This document shows, piece after piece, positions 8,520 to 17,802 of a stretch of DNA of 27,420 bases. Source of the stretch: a candidate division WOR-3 bacterium (GTDB lineage Bacteria > Hydrothermota > Hydrothermia > LBFQ01). The stretch covers positions 1 to 27,420 of the forward strand of contig JALUCS010000114.1 in NCBI GenBank assembly GCA_027050205.1. Reading direction: 5' to 3'. Below the pieces are notes generated by a model that saw only the letters and a list, made by a program, of their open reading frames with translations, had not been told where the DNA came from and did no database searches. The position numbers and the translations under genes were made by a program. Numbering within the stretch: position 1 is the stretch's first letter; every line of letters starts with the position of its first letter.

Positions 8520-9164
8520 ATGATGCTTTTCGTTTATATTCTCGCTGATTTAGACGAGAGCAAGCAGGCGGATAGCATAGTGAAGTCGTGGGGGGTGGTG
8601 GAGTTCCATTATCACGGCTGGGACGTCAAGAACTTTGACACCTTGCCCGTTAGTGATAGCATCCCCGTACCCGATGGAGTGTACAAGGTGATAGACGACT
8701 ACGGCCCTCTACACATCAAAGGTAAGTGGGAGTACTACAGGAGGGACTGGAAGACCATGGAGTTTAAGCCTCTCCTCGGATCTATCCTTAGGGGCTACCC
8801 CCTTGACCTCCTTGACTGGCATAGGTACTTCGTTTTCTATATCAGGGGGAAAGGGAGGTACGCGATAACGGCCGAGGTTGTTCATGAGGGCTACTGTAAG
8901 TGGTTTGTAGTAGAAAACCTGGTCCTTGATTCATCGTGGAGGGAGATAAGGATAAGCTTGGACACTTTGGAAAAATACTTCAGCGTTATCTATCCTCCGG
9001 AATGGCTGTGGAAAGACGGATACTCCCCGTATTGTTGGGCATGGGGGAAGGACGATAAGGAGAGTGGTTTTGTTCCCCTAAGATGGGCAATTATCCCCCT
9101 CGCCGACACCTTCGGTACTTACGAATACGAGATAGAACTAAGCCCGATATATATGGTAATGTAG
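8520..9164 (+). CDS. Hypothetical exported protein, possibly CBM11/CIA30-like beta-sandwich
   Basis: 214-aa ORF with promoter; PLDL..FVFYIRGKGRY...SWREIRISL...YEIELSPIY pattern recalls galactose-binding-like domains. Confidence 0.65.
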   Translation: MMLFVYILADLDESKQADSIVKSWGVVEFHYHGWDVKNFDTLPVSDSIPVPDGVYKVIDDYGPLHIKGKWEYYRRDWKTMEFKPLLGSILRGYPLDLLDWHRYFVFYIRGKGRYAITAEVVHEGYCKWFVVENLVLDSSWREIRISLDTLEKYFSVIYPPEWLWKDGYSPYCWAWGKDDKESGFVPLRWAIIPLADTFGTYEYEIELSPIYMVM

Positions 9165-9299
9165 GGAAAACTTTTATGAGTCCGTAAGGAAACTATGCGG
9201 CCGAAGACGAAGTCGGATTGATGGCTTCCGCTGTCTAACGTTCTAAGGTGCCTCCGACCATCCCTTTATCGTCAAAGGTTCCGGGGGTAAAATCCCGGT

Positions 9300-10169
9300 A
9301 TGCGGGTGTATATCACCGAGGTGGCACCGAGGGACGGCCTACAGAACGTCAAGGAGAACGTACCTACGGATAAGAAGGTCGCCTTCGTGAACGCCCTCTC
9401 CGAGACGGGGGTTGATGAGATAGAGGTCACGGCCTTCGTGCATCCCAAGTGGGTCCCCCAGATGGCCGACGCCGAAGAGGTCCTAAGGCGCATAAGGCGG
9501 CGGGAGGGGGTGAAGTACTCGGCCATCGTACCCAACGAAAAGGGGCTTGAGAGGGCGCTATCCGTGGGTTTGGACAAGATAGCCGTCCTGACGGCCGCGA
9601 CGGACACCTTCAACCAGAAGAACATCAACACGGACATAGAGGGTTCGTTCCAGAGGTTGACCCCCGTCGTCAGGAGGGCGAAGGCAGAGGGCTTGGAGGT
9701 GAGGGGGTACGTATCCGTCGCCTTCTGGTGTCCCTACGAGGGGAAGGTGCCGCCGGAGAGGGTTAGGGATGTCGTATTGCGGCTCTTGGATGCGGGGGTG
9801 GACGAGGTCTCCCTCGGCGACACCATAGGGAGGGCCTCACCCAAGGACGTGGCCGAGGTCCTGGAACTCCTCCTCAAGGACGTACCGAAGGATAGGATCG
9901 TCCTCCACTTCCACGCCACGTACGGTATGGGGGTTGCCAACGTCCTCTGCGCCTACAGGGAGTACGGAATATACAGGTACGATGCCTCCGCAGGGGGCCT
10001 CGGAGGTTGCCCGTACGCACCCGGTGCCAGCGGGAACGTGGCGACGGAGGACGTGGTCTTCGCCCTCAAGGGGGTAGGGGCGGACGTGCGGGTGGACGAG
10101 CGGAAGGTGGTTGAGGCCGCCCGTCTCCTCGGCCTGAAGTTGGAATCCTCCATAAGCAGGGTGCTTTAG
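9300..10169 (+). CDS. Hydroxymethylglutaryl-CoA lyase (DRE-TIM family)
   Basis: EVAPRDGLQN, FVHPKWVPQMAD, LGDTIG, LHFHAT, GGLGGCPYAPGASGNVATED; TAAAAT at 9288-9293. Confidence 0.93.
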   Translation: MRVYITEVAPRDGLQNVKENVPTDKKVAFVNALSETGVDEIEVTAFVHPKWVPQMADAEEVLRRIRRREGVKYSAIVPNEKGLERALSVGLDKIAVLTAATDTFNQKNINTDIEGSFQRLTPVVRRAKAEGLEVRGYVSVAFWCPYEGKVPPERVRDVVLRLLDAGVDEVSLGDTIGRASPKDVAEVLELLLKDVPKDRIVLHFHATYGMGVANVLCAYREYGIYRYDASAGGLGGCPYAPGASGNVATEDVVFALKGVGADVRVDERKVVEAARLLGLKLESSISRVL

Positions 10170-10199
10170 CGTTCGCCTTACGGGTTTAAAATATCGGCT

Positions 10200-10865
10200 A
10201 TGGCAGTCAAGATAACCTGGCTCGGTCATGCGGCTTTTAAGGTTGAGGGAAGCAAGGTCGTCCTTATAGACCCTTGGATAAGCGGGAACCCCGCATCCCC
10301 TCTGAAGTCCCCGGAGGAGATTGACAGGGCGGACGTTATAGTGGTCACCCACAGCCACGGGGATCACGGTCTGGACGACGCCGTAAAGATAGCCAAGAGG
10401 ACGGGGGCCGTCTTCGCCTCCCAGTACGAGCTCGTGGTCAAGTCCGGCCTTGAGAAGGTGGAGCCGATGAACATCGGTGGGTTCGTGGACGCCGGAGGTA
10501 CGGGCGTCTTGGTCTCCTTCACCCAGGCCTGGCACACGGCGGAGGTGGGAGACCCCACGGGCGTTGTAGTCCGTCTGGATGGCATAACCATCTACCACAC
10601 GGGGGACACGGGCCTGTTCTCCGACATGAAGCTCATCGGCGAGCTGTACTCCCCGGACGTCATGCTCCTGCCCATCGGCGGCCGCTTCACCATGGACGAG
10701 GAGCAGGCGGCCAAGGCCGTCTCCTTCGTAAAGCCCAAGGTCGCCATCCCTATGCACTACGACACCTTCCCCCTCATAAAGGCCGACCCCAACAGGTTCG
10801 CCTCCCTCGTGGGCGACGTCGCCAAGGTGGTTATCCTGAAACCGGGGGAGACGTTTGAGCTATAG
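10200..10865 (+). CDS. UPF0173 metal-dependent hydrolase (metallo-beta-lactamase fold)
   Basis: WLGHAAF, THSHGDH, YHTGDT, LPIGGRFTM, IPMHYDTF; TAAAAT at 10187-10192. Confidence 0.92.
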   Translation: MAVKITWLGHAAFKVEGSKVVLIDPWISGNPASPLKSPEEIDRADVIVVTHSHGDHGLDDAVKIAKRTGAVFASQYELVVKSGLEKVEPMNIGGFVDAGGTGVLVSFTQAWHTAEVGDPTGVVVRLDGITIYHTGDTGLFSDMKLIGELYSPDVMLLPIGGRFTMDEEQAAKAVSFVKPKVAIPMHYDTFPLIKADPNRFASLVGDVAKVVILKPGETFEL

Positions 10866-11493
10866 CCCCTTGGAGTTGGCCCTCCGGGAGATAGAGACGA
10901 AGTTGGACGAGATGTACTCCCTTATCGTTGAGATGATAGACAACTCCCTGGAGCGGCCGGACGAGGCCCTGAAGCGGGAGCAACGGGTGAATACCCTTGA
11001 GATAGAGATAGACGAGCTTATCGTCCAGACCATAGCACTGTACCATCCGGAGGCCTCTCCCCTGCGGGAGATCCTGATGGCTTTGAAGATAAATAACGAC
11101 CTTGAGAGGATAGGGGACCACGCCGAGAACGTCGCCAGGGACATAAAGCTCCTTAGGGAAAGGGGGGAGGACATCTCCGAGCTTTGGGAGGACATCTCCC
11201 TCATAAAGGACCTGGCCCGGAGGGCCTTCGTTGAGGCTTACTCCTCCTTCAAGAACAGGGACGCCAACCTCGCCAAGGAGATATGGAGGTCGGACTACAT
11301 CGTGGACGCCCTTAGGGACAAGATACTCAAGAAGGCCGTGGATACCCTGCCAACGCCGGTGGCCCTCAAGACCGTCAGCATAGCCCAGAACTTTGAGAGG
11401 ATAGCAGATCTGGCCACCAACATAGCAGAGGACGTCGTCTTCATCGTTGAGGGGGAGATAATAAAGCACAGACCGCTGGAGGAGATACAATGA
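10855..11493 (+). CDS. phoU: Phosphate signalling protein PhoU
   Basis: NDLERIGDHAENVA and NFERIADLATNIAE repeats; ends EGEIIKH. Confidence 0.93.
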   Translation: MSYSPLELALREIETKLDEMYSLIVEMIDNSLERPDEALKREQRVNTLEIEIDELIVQTIALYHPEASPLREILMALKINNDLERIGDHAENVARDIKLLRERGEDISELWEDISLIKDLARRAFVEAYSSFKNRDANLAKEIWRSDYIVDALRDKILKKAVDTLPTPVALKTVSIAQNFERIADLATNIAEDVVFIVEGEIIKHRPLEEIQ

Positions 11494-11948
11494 GAAGGTT
11501 CCTCCTTGCCCTCACCCTGCTTGCGGCCGGTTGTACGGTGAACGTCAATACCCTTGACCCGGAGGCGGTGGCCCACGCGTACCTTAAGGCCCTTGAGAAC
11601 GGCGACTTCAAGAAGGCCTACATGCTCATAGACGGGGTCTCCCAGAGGTACACCCCCTACAAGGAGTTCGTCAAGTACTGGCAGAACTACTTCAGGAGGT
11701 TCGGTCGTCCCTACAAGCACACCATTCACGAGGTCGCCAAGGTGCGTCCCGGTCTCGTCGTCGTTGAGTACACTTGGCACTACAAGAAGACTCCGGGGGT
11801 GGATACTACGGTCTTTTTGGATCAGAGGTCCTACCGGATGAAGTTGAAGTTTGAGTTCCGGAGGTGGGCGGTCAAGTTCCGCAAGTACCGGATAATCAAG
11901 GAGACCCCGACCCCGTACGGTATTCAGAGGGAGGTCATAGAGGAGTAG
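11490..11948 (+). CDS. Hypothetical lipoprotein (NTF2-like/DUF4878-like)
   Basis: MRRFLLALTLLAAGC lipobox; PEAVAHAYLKALENGDFKKAY helix pattern; ATGA overlap with phoU. Confidence 0.75.
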   Translation: MRRFLLALTLLAAGCTVNVNTLDPEAVAHAYLKALENGDFKKAYMLIDGVSQRYTPYKEFVKYWQNYFRRFGRPYKHTIHEVAKVRPGLVVVEYTWHYKKTPGVDTTVFLDQRSYRMKLKFEFRRWAVKFRKYRIIKETPTPYGIQREVIEE

Positions 11949-12768
11949 GGGAGGTTTCCCTGCGGCAAGGGACGTCCCCTTTGTGGGCGGCGAATATCAC
12001 CGCCCTACCCTTCCCCACCTTTATGGTACCTTTCCTTAAGGCCTCCTTTACGTCGGAGACGGCCAAACTCACCGCCGTTATGAGGTCGCAGCCGAGGGAC
12101 AGGAGGGCTGCTATTGAGGAGGCGAGGACGCACCCCGTACCGTGGACGTCCCCCTCTATCCGTTCGCCGATGAAACGGTAAGCCCTGTCCCCGTCCGGTC
12201 TCCTGACCCTTAGGAAGTCTATCGGTTCCCCCTTCAGGTGTCCCCCCTTCACTAAGACGGCCTCCGGCCCCAAGTCCAGTATCCTACGGGCGGCCTCCTC
12301 AACGTCCCCCGGCGACTTTATCTCCATCCCGGCCAGAAGCTCCGCTTCGGGTACGTTGGGGGTTACGATGGTGGCGAGGGGAAGGAGTTTCTCAACCATC
12401 ACCTTTACGCCCTCTTCGTTTAGAAGTACGGCACCGGACGTCGCCCGGATCACGGGGTCTATTACGAGGTTCCGGACACCATAGCCAGCGAGGATATGGG
12501 AGACGGCCTCCACTATCTCCCCCGTCGCTAACATACCGAGCTTGACCGCCCCGAAGTCCATATCCGATAGGAGGAGCTCAAGGTCCCGCTTCACCCTGCC
12601 AGCGGGGAGGGGATGGACGGCGTAGACGGAGCGGGTATCCTGCGAAGTTAGGGCGGTGATGACGGCGGCCCCATATACGCCGTAGCGGTTGAAGGTGCGG
12701 ACGTCGGCGAGGATGCCGGCGCCTCCGGAGGGGTCAAACCCCGCTACGGTTAGAGCCTTAGGTACCAT
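11935..12768 (-). CDS. thiD: Hydroxymethylpyrimidine/phosphomethylpyrimidine kinase
   Basis: TVAGFDPSGGAGILAD, VKLGML, TPNVPEA, LVKGGH, HGTGC. Confidence 0.95.
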   Translation of the reverse strand: MVPKALTVAGFDPSGGAGILADVRTFNRYGVYGAAVITALTSQDTRSVYAVHPLPAGRVKRDLELLLSDMDFGAVKLGMLATGEIVEAVSHILAGYGVRNLVIDPVIRATSGAVLLNEEGVKVMVEKLLPLATIVTPNVPEAELLAGMEIKSPGDVEEAARRILDLGPEAVLVKGGHLKGEPIDFLRVRRPDGDRAYRFIGERIEGDVHGTGCVLASSIAALLSLGCDLITAVSLAVSDVKEALRKGTIKVGKGRAVIFAAHKGDVPCRRETSPTPL

Positions 12769-13099
12769 TTTCCATCCTCCTTAGGAACCTCCTTATCCGG
12801 TTCCTTATCCTTATAAGGTCCTCCCTGCACCGCTTAAGGCGGGCGGTCAGTTTCAACTCCTCGTAGGACTTCACTATGGCCTCCGGGGGGTAGTCCTCGG
12901 AAAGGGCCTTGAAGTCCAGGAGCCTCAATAGGTCCTCGCGGCCGTAGAACCTGCGACCGTTCCGGAGTTTCGCCCTTACGAAGCCCATCCTCTCAAGGGA
13001 GTATATCCTCCTACGGTTCAGGCCCGTAAGCCTCTCAATCTCGGCGAGGGTGTAGTAGAGCCTCCGGCTCTCCCTATCAAGGTAGCTCTTTCGTCTCAA
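12758..13099 (-). CDS. MerR-family HTH protein
   Basis: YYTLAEIERLTGL...YSLERMG...NGRRFYGREDL; overlaps the dprA stop. Confidence 0.75.
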   Translation of the reverse strand: MRRKSYLDRESRRLYYTLAEIERLTGLNRRRIYSLERMGFVRAKLRNGRRFYGREDLLRLLDFKALSEDYPPEAIVKSYEELKLTARLKRCREDLIRIRNRIRRFLRRMENGT

Positions 13100-14163
13100 G
13101 GTACGGCCTCGTAGAGTTTGCCGGGCAGCTCCCGGACGTAGCCCTTCATCTGGAGCGTCAGGAGCAGGGTGTAGAGGCGGGAGATGGGCATACCGCTGCG
13201 GTAGGCTATCTCGTCCACGTGGAGCGGCTCCCGAAGTAGGTCAAGGATGAAGGCCTCGGCCTCGTCCAGTTCCCCCCTCTCCTTGGCAGGAGGGGTGAGG
13301 AGGGGGGCATCCAGAACGTCCTCTATGAAGTGGCCGATGTCGTAGATGGGCTTGGCTCCGTCGTATATGAGGCGGTTGCTTCCGTAGGCCCTCCGGTCTA
13401 AGGGGCTGAAGGGGACCGCCCAGACGTCCTTCCCCTGCTCCAAGGCCCACGAGGCCGTGATGAGGGCGCCCGACTTGGAAGGGGCCTGCACCACGACGAC
13501 GACGTCGGAGAGGGCGCTTATCACACGGTTGCGGGCGGGGAAGTTCCCCGGATTGGGAGGGGTTCCAAGGGGGAACTCCGACAGGAGCACCCCTCCCCTC
13601 TCAACCACCTCGGCGAAGAGACCCCGGTTCTCCCGCGGGTAGGGCCTGTCTATGCCGGAGCCGAGTACCACCGCCGTACCGCCCCCTCCGGCTATGGCTC
13701 CCCTGTGGGCCTGGGTGTCTATACCGTAGGCCCCTCCCGACACCACCGTAGCCCCCGCCTCCGCCAACCCCTTCCCCAGCTCAAAGGCCACCACCTTGGC
13801 GTCCTCACTGGGGTATCGGGTGCCGACGACTGCGACCGTCCGACGCCCTAAGATGGAGATGTCCCCCTTGACGTAGAGGACGGGCGGGGCCACATCGTAC
13901 CCCTTAAGCCCCTCCGGATAATCGGGGTCCGCGAGGGTTAAGACCCTAACCCCCAACCTCTCCGCCCTCTCCATCTCCCTTTCCGCCTCCTCAAGGTTGG
14001 CGGAGAGTACGGCCTTCGCCTTCGCCTCCCCTAAGAGGGCCTTGAGCCTCTCCCTACCCTCAAGGAGGGCTTCAAAGGTAGGGAAGCTGGACAGGACCTT
14101 CCGGACGGTCTTCGGACCCACACCCCTGCGGAGGTGGAGGGCGAGGATGTAGGTACGTTCCAC
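13096..14163 (-). CDS. dprA: DNA-processing protein DprA; start corrected to GTG 14163
   Basis: PPVLYVKG, VAVVGTR, VSGGAYGID, FPARNRVIS, SGALITA, C-terminal winged helix; TAAAAT (14177-14172) lies 8 nt before GTG 14163. Confidence 0.95.
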   Translation of the reverse strand: MERTYILALHLRRGVGPKTVRKVLSSFPTFEALLEGRERLKALLGEAKAKAVLSANLEEAEREMERAERLGVRVLTLADPDYPEGLKGYDVAPPVLYVKGDISILGRRTVAVVGTRYPSEDAKVVAFELGKGLAEAGATVVSGGAYGIDTQAHRGAIAGGGGTAVVLGSGIDRPYPRENRGLFAEVVERGGVLLSEFPLGTPPNPGNFPARNRVISALSDVVVVVQAPSKSGALITASWALEQGKDVWAVPFSPLDRRAYGSNRLIYDGAKPIYDIGHFIEDVLDAPLLTPPAKERGELDEAEAFILDLLREPLHVDEIAYRSGMPISRLYTLLLTLQMKGYVRELPGKLYEAVP

Positions 14164-14171
14164 GTGGGCGT

Positions 14172-14205
14172 ATTTTAAGGACGAAGTCGCCTCCACCCTT
14201 AGAAT
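14172..14205. promoter_or_regulatory. Back-to-back divergent -10 boxes for dprA (TAAAAT, minus) and the PorZ-like gene (TAGAAT, plus)
   Basis: Each box is 8 nt from its start codon within a 50-bp intergenic gap. Confidence 0.65.
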
Positions 14206-14213
14206 CCTACTCC

Positions 14214-16145
14214 ATGCTCTACCTCCTCGCCCAAACTTGGGAGCTTTGGACGAACACCGAGCTTCTGCTTGACGCCTGCAGGTACGCTGATACGGTCTAT
14301 ATGGCGACGGCCGGTGGCCTACTCTTGAGCGACGGCGACACCGTCCTGAAGGCCTACACCAAACTGGACGGCATAAAGACCGCCCAGGTCCTCTCCGTCG
14401 CCTGTGAGGGGGGGGACATCTGGATACTTACGGGGAGCGGACTCCAGTACAGGGATGGGAACAGGTTCAAGGACATAAACCTCATCGTCTTTGGAGATCC
14501 CGACGAGATACTCGGAGGCAGGAGGATAGTCAGGCGGGGGAACTTCCTCTTCATCCTCGGTAAGAGCAAACCGACCGCCCTAAGGTTGGAAGATACGGTT
14601 GAGATAGCCTTTCCACCGGATATAGAGAGGGCTAACGTCCTCAAGGTCTTTGGGGATACCCTCGTCCTCGGAGGCCCCTACGGGGCGATATACTCAAGGG
14701 TGGATAGCTTCTTCTCCCCTTCCTCCTGGGACACCCTGATATCCGGTCGGGAGGTGTACGACATAGACACCTTCAGGGGGAGGTGGGTGTTTGCTACGGA
14801 CAGCGGGGTTATAGACCTCGGCGGACGGATCTCCCTACCCGGTGTAGCCGTAAGTTTCGTACATTCCTACGGCGGGAAACTCTGGATGGCGGCAGCGAGG
14901 ACCCTCTACACCTTAGACTCCGTAGGTGCCGATACGGTTAGGGTGAGGGGCGGGGACATCCGTTATCTCGGCAACGGTTTCGTGGGCTTCGGGTACAGGA
15001 GCGACCCCTCCTATATGCTGGGCCTCGGAATCTACCGCCTCCCCGACCTCCACCGCATAAGGACGGGGGGGCTCGGCTTTACCTCCATAACGGGGATGGT
15101 GGAGTTGGGGGACAGCCTCGTCCTCTGCGGCAAGGGCATAGAGTACTCCTGCGCCGTATGGCCGAGCGGTAAGACCTTCAACTTCCTCTTCGTCAATACC
15201 CTGAAGTACGTCAACGGCTACCTCTGGATAGGCTACCACGGGTACGGCCTCAAGGCCTACAGACCCGACTTCTCCGATACCATAACCGTAAGGCCCTCCG
15301 ACCTCGGAAACTTCGGCTACGTCTTTGACATAACGGGCTTTCAGGGGAAGGTTTATACCCTCGCCTGGAACGCCTACGGCTCCTCAAGGCTCTTTGAGAT
15401 AGAGGACTCAACGGCGAGGAGTACGGGTATAAGCGGCGCCCACCAGAGCCTACTTCACTCAACCGACGAGTACCTCCTGGTATGCTCCGAAACGGAGTGC
15501 CGGTTCTACGACTCCAACCTCCAGCCCTACGGCTCCGTCGGCGTAGGGGCCAACGTCATCTACGGCAGAGGGGACACCCTCCTCTTCGGTACCTCCAACG
15601 GCCTGTACTTCGTCTTCCCCTCCACCCTCACCTACGACGGCCCCTACCTAATGGGTAGGTACATAAGCGGCGTATGGAAGGGGTTGGACGGTAGGATATG
15701 GGTAGCGGACGACAGGGGTATAGAGGTGTTAGACACCACCTTGAGGATAGTTGAGACCTTCACACCTCTGAACTCCCCCCTCGCTGGCTCCCCCGTCTCC
15801 AACTCCCCCTACTTCCCCCTCCGCTACACCCTCCTGGTGAATACGGACAGGAACCGGGTTTATATCGCCACGGACGGGGGCCTCTCTGTCCTTACCTCCT
15901 ACGACGTCGTCTCCGGCTGGGAGAGGGCCTCCCTCGTATATCCCAACCCCGCCCGCAGGGGCCAGACCGTCAGGGTGAAGAACTGCCCCATAGGGGCGAA
16001 GCTCGTCCTCTACACCGCCTCCGGTGGCAAAGTGGCCGAAACCTCCGGCTGCTCCATAAAGCACACCTTCCGCCCCGGCCTCTACTTCCTCGCCGTCATC
16101 GGGCCAAACGGGCGGAGGGTCTACAGGCTCGTCCTCACCGATTGA
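14214..16145 (+). CDS. Beta-propeller protein with T9SS type A C-terminal sorting domain, PorZ-like
   Basis: Repeated propeller motifs (VYMATAGGL, VFATDSGV, LFGTSNGL, VYIATDGGL), FTPLNSPL, then VYPNP...LYTASG...PGLYFL...YRLVL. Confidence 0.75.
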   Translation: MLYLLAQTWELWTNTELLLDACRYADTVYMATAGGLLLSDGDTVLKAYTKLDGIKTAQVLSVACEGGDIWILTGSGLQYRDGNRFKDINLIVFGDPDEILGGRRIVRRGNFLFILGKSKPTALRLEDTVEIAFPPDIERANVLKVFGDTLVLGGPYGAIYSRVDSFFSPSSWDTLISGREVYDIDTFRGRWVFATDSGVIDLGGRISLPGVAVSFVHSYGGKLWMAAARTLYTLDSVGADTVRVRGGDIRYLGNGFVGFGYRSDPSYMLGLGIYRLPDLHRIRTGGLGFTSITGMVELGDSLVLCGKGIEYSCAVWPSGKTFNFLFVNTLKYVNGYLWIGYHGYGLKAYRPDFSDTITVRPSDLGNFGYVFDITGFQGKVYTLAWNAYGSSRLFEIEDSTARSTGISGAHQSLLHSTDEYLLVCSETECRFYDSNLQPYGSVGVGANVIYGRGDTLLFGTSNGLYFVFPSTLTYDGPYLMGRYISGVWKGLDGRIWVADDRGIEVLDTTLRIVETFTPLNSPLAGSPVSNSPYFPLRYTLLVNTDRNRVYIATDGGLSVLTSYDVVSGWERASLVYPNPARRGQTVRVKNCPIGAKLVLYTASGGKVAETSGCSIKHTFRPGLYFLAVIGPNGRRVYRLVLTD

Positions 16146-16983
16146 AACGTACCAGGATGTACCTCTCCGGGTCCACCGGCTCCCCGTTCACTATCACCTC
16201 GTAGTGGAGATGCTCCCCGGTGGACCTACCCGTACTCCCCACGAAGCCTATGACCTGCCCCCTGCGAACCGTATCCCCCGGCTTGACGGACACCCCCGAT
16301 AGGTGGGCGTACCTCGTCTTTATACCGTAGCCGTGGTCTATCACCACCTGTATCCCGTACCCCCACTTGTTCATCCCCGCCTTCTCAACGATGCCATCGG
16401 CCGTGGCGACGACGGGGGTTCCCTGCTGGGCGGAGAAGTCTATCCCCTCGTGAAACTTCAACCCACCCGTGAAGGGGTCCTTCCTTATGCCGAAGCCGGA
16501 GACCTTTATACCCCTGACGGGGGGAATGCTCGGAAGGTGCCTCAAGCGGTCCCTATCGGCGAAGGCCTTGCTCTCTATGACGTTCAGTAGCCTCTCCTCA
16601 AACTCGGCGTAGGCCTTCACCTTGTCCAACTCCACGTCCTTGAGGCTCCCTCCTATGCCCATCTCGTTGAGTTTGGAGGCGTAGATGGGAAAACCGAGGT
16701 ACCCCGCCAGTACCTTCTGCTTCTCGTATAGGGTGTCCAACTTGGACATCAGGCCTTTAAGCTCCTCCCTTAGGTTCCGGTTCTCCGTCTTGAGCTTCCT
16801 CACCTTGCCCTTCAAAAGGTAATTCTCGTAGGCCCCCTTCAGCCCGTAGGCTACACCGCCCACCGTCCCCGCGACCGTGAGGAGGACGAAGAGGGCCGGA
16901 AGGAGCCACCACCTGACGCCTTCAAGACGCACTATGAAGTATGACCTACCAAAACGTTTAAAAATTACCTTTCCCCTTCCCAT
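16135..16983 (-). CDS. M23 family metallopeptidase with N-terminal TM helix and coiled coil
   Basis: HEGIDF, YAHL, STGRSTGEHLHYEV; TAGAAT at 16998-16993. Confidence 0.93.
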   Translation of the reverse strand: MGRGKVIFKRFGRSYFIVRLEGVRWWLLPALFVLLTVAGTVGGVAYGLKGAYENYLLKGKVRKLKTENRNLREELKGLMSKLDTLYEKQKVLAGYLGFPIYASKLNEMGIGGSLKDVELDKVKAYAEFEERLLNVIESKAFADRDRLRHLPSIPPVRGIKVSGFGIRKDPFTGGLKFHEGIDFSAQQGTPVVATADGIVEKAGMNKWGYGIQVVIDHGYGIKTRYAHLSGVSVKPGDTVRRGQVIGFVGSTGRSTGEHLHYEVIVNGEPVDPERYILVRFNR

Positions 16984-17165
16984 GAAGAAGGTATTCTAAA
17001 GGCGTACGTCCCTACTATGCTTGGAGGACGTAGGAAACTCTACGGGCCGCAGGGTTATTGTGCATTTTATACAAAATTCGCGATAATTTTAAAATTACCC
17101 AGACAAAGGAACGAATAAAGCCCGGCAGTGTCGGAGCGACAGGGCTGGGTGGGTACTCCTTGAAC

Positions 17166-17528
17166 GGTATCGGAAAGGTCCGTCTGAAAGGTGTATCACT
17201 CCATCAGCCGAATACGCAATTTTTTGAAGGGGTGTTTGGGGGTGCTGTATCCGGTGTACGGTTGGATGGGGGACAAAACCCGTTCCTCGGAAAATTCCGG
17301 GGACGAAGTACCCGATTTTGGCCCTGAACTCCCCCGCCAGTTGCACTCGGTTTTAACCTTCTGGAGATGGGCTGCATACAGTGTCGCTCAAAGTCCATAG
17401 GGAGTACAAAAATCCTAAAGTGCAACTTGCAATTTCTTGAAGTTCAAGTTTCAGTTTCTTAAAACATAACTTTCAGTTTTTGAAGGTACAGACGGACCTT
17501 CGGTCTATCCCCCTATCAGACCGATACC
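17166..17528. repeat. Long-range inverted repeats bounding an AT-rich non-coding segment
   Basis: AAGGTCCGTCTG 17175-17186 / CAGACGGACCTT 17489-17500; GGTATCGG 17166-17173 / CCGATACC 17521-17528; AGTTGCACT 17339-17347 / AGTGCAACT 17419-17427. Confidence 0.6.
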
Positions 17529-17674
17529 AAAAATTGATCCCTGCATTTCAATAAACCGTACTCCGGCAGGCACCCAATGAGGGGGAAAGTTGTCGTCTAA
17601 AGGCTAAAATTTTGATGTTATTTATAAAGTTCCTCCATTTTTGCCGTAATTTTTGTAGATTGTTGAATAAAAAA

Positions 17675-17751
17675 GGGGCGGCCGACGGGACTCGAACCCG
17701 CGACCCCCAGAGCCACAGTCTGGTGCTCTAACCACCTGAGCTACGGCCGCC
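17675..17751 (-). tRNA. tRNA-His (GTG)
   Basis: Cloverleaf G-GCGGCCG TAGCTCAGGTGGTTAGAGC A CCAGA CTGTGGC TCTGG GGGTC GCGGG TTCGAGT CCCGT CGGCCGC C CC; encoded G-1 and C73; -10 box TAAAAT at 17770-17765. Confidence 0.97.
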
Positions 17752-17802
17752 GTGAGAGGTGAGTATTTTAAGGCCGTTCAAACCTCCTTTTGTGGCCTTC
17801 CC

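Noticed and set aside
9171..9193. Hammerhead-ribozyme-like string TTATGAGTCCGTAAGGAAAC
   Set aside because: Lacks the CUGAUGA core and a complete stem II before GAAA; no stems I or III found
2275..11981. Shared 15-mer AAGGGACGTCCCCTT at 2275-2289 and 11967-11981
   Set aside because: Only two copies, one inside thiD, built on a short GC palindrome; chance cannot be excluded
17172..17285. RNase P-like words GGAAAGGTCCG and GACAAAACCCG
   Set aside because: They deviate from GAGGAAAGUCC and AACCCGGCUUA, are only ~100 nt apart, and cannot form P4
17058..17425. Four short overlapping ORFs in the intergenic region
   Set aside because: Mutually overlapping, atypical composition, no recognisable motifs
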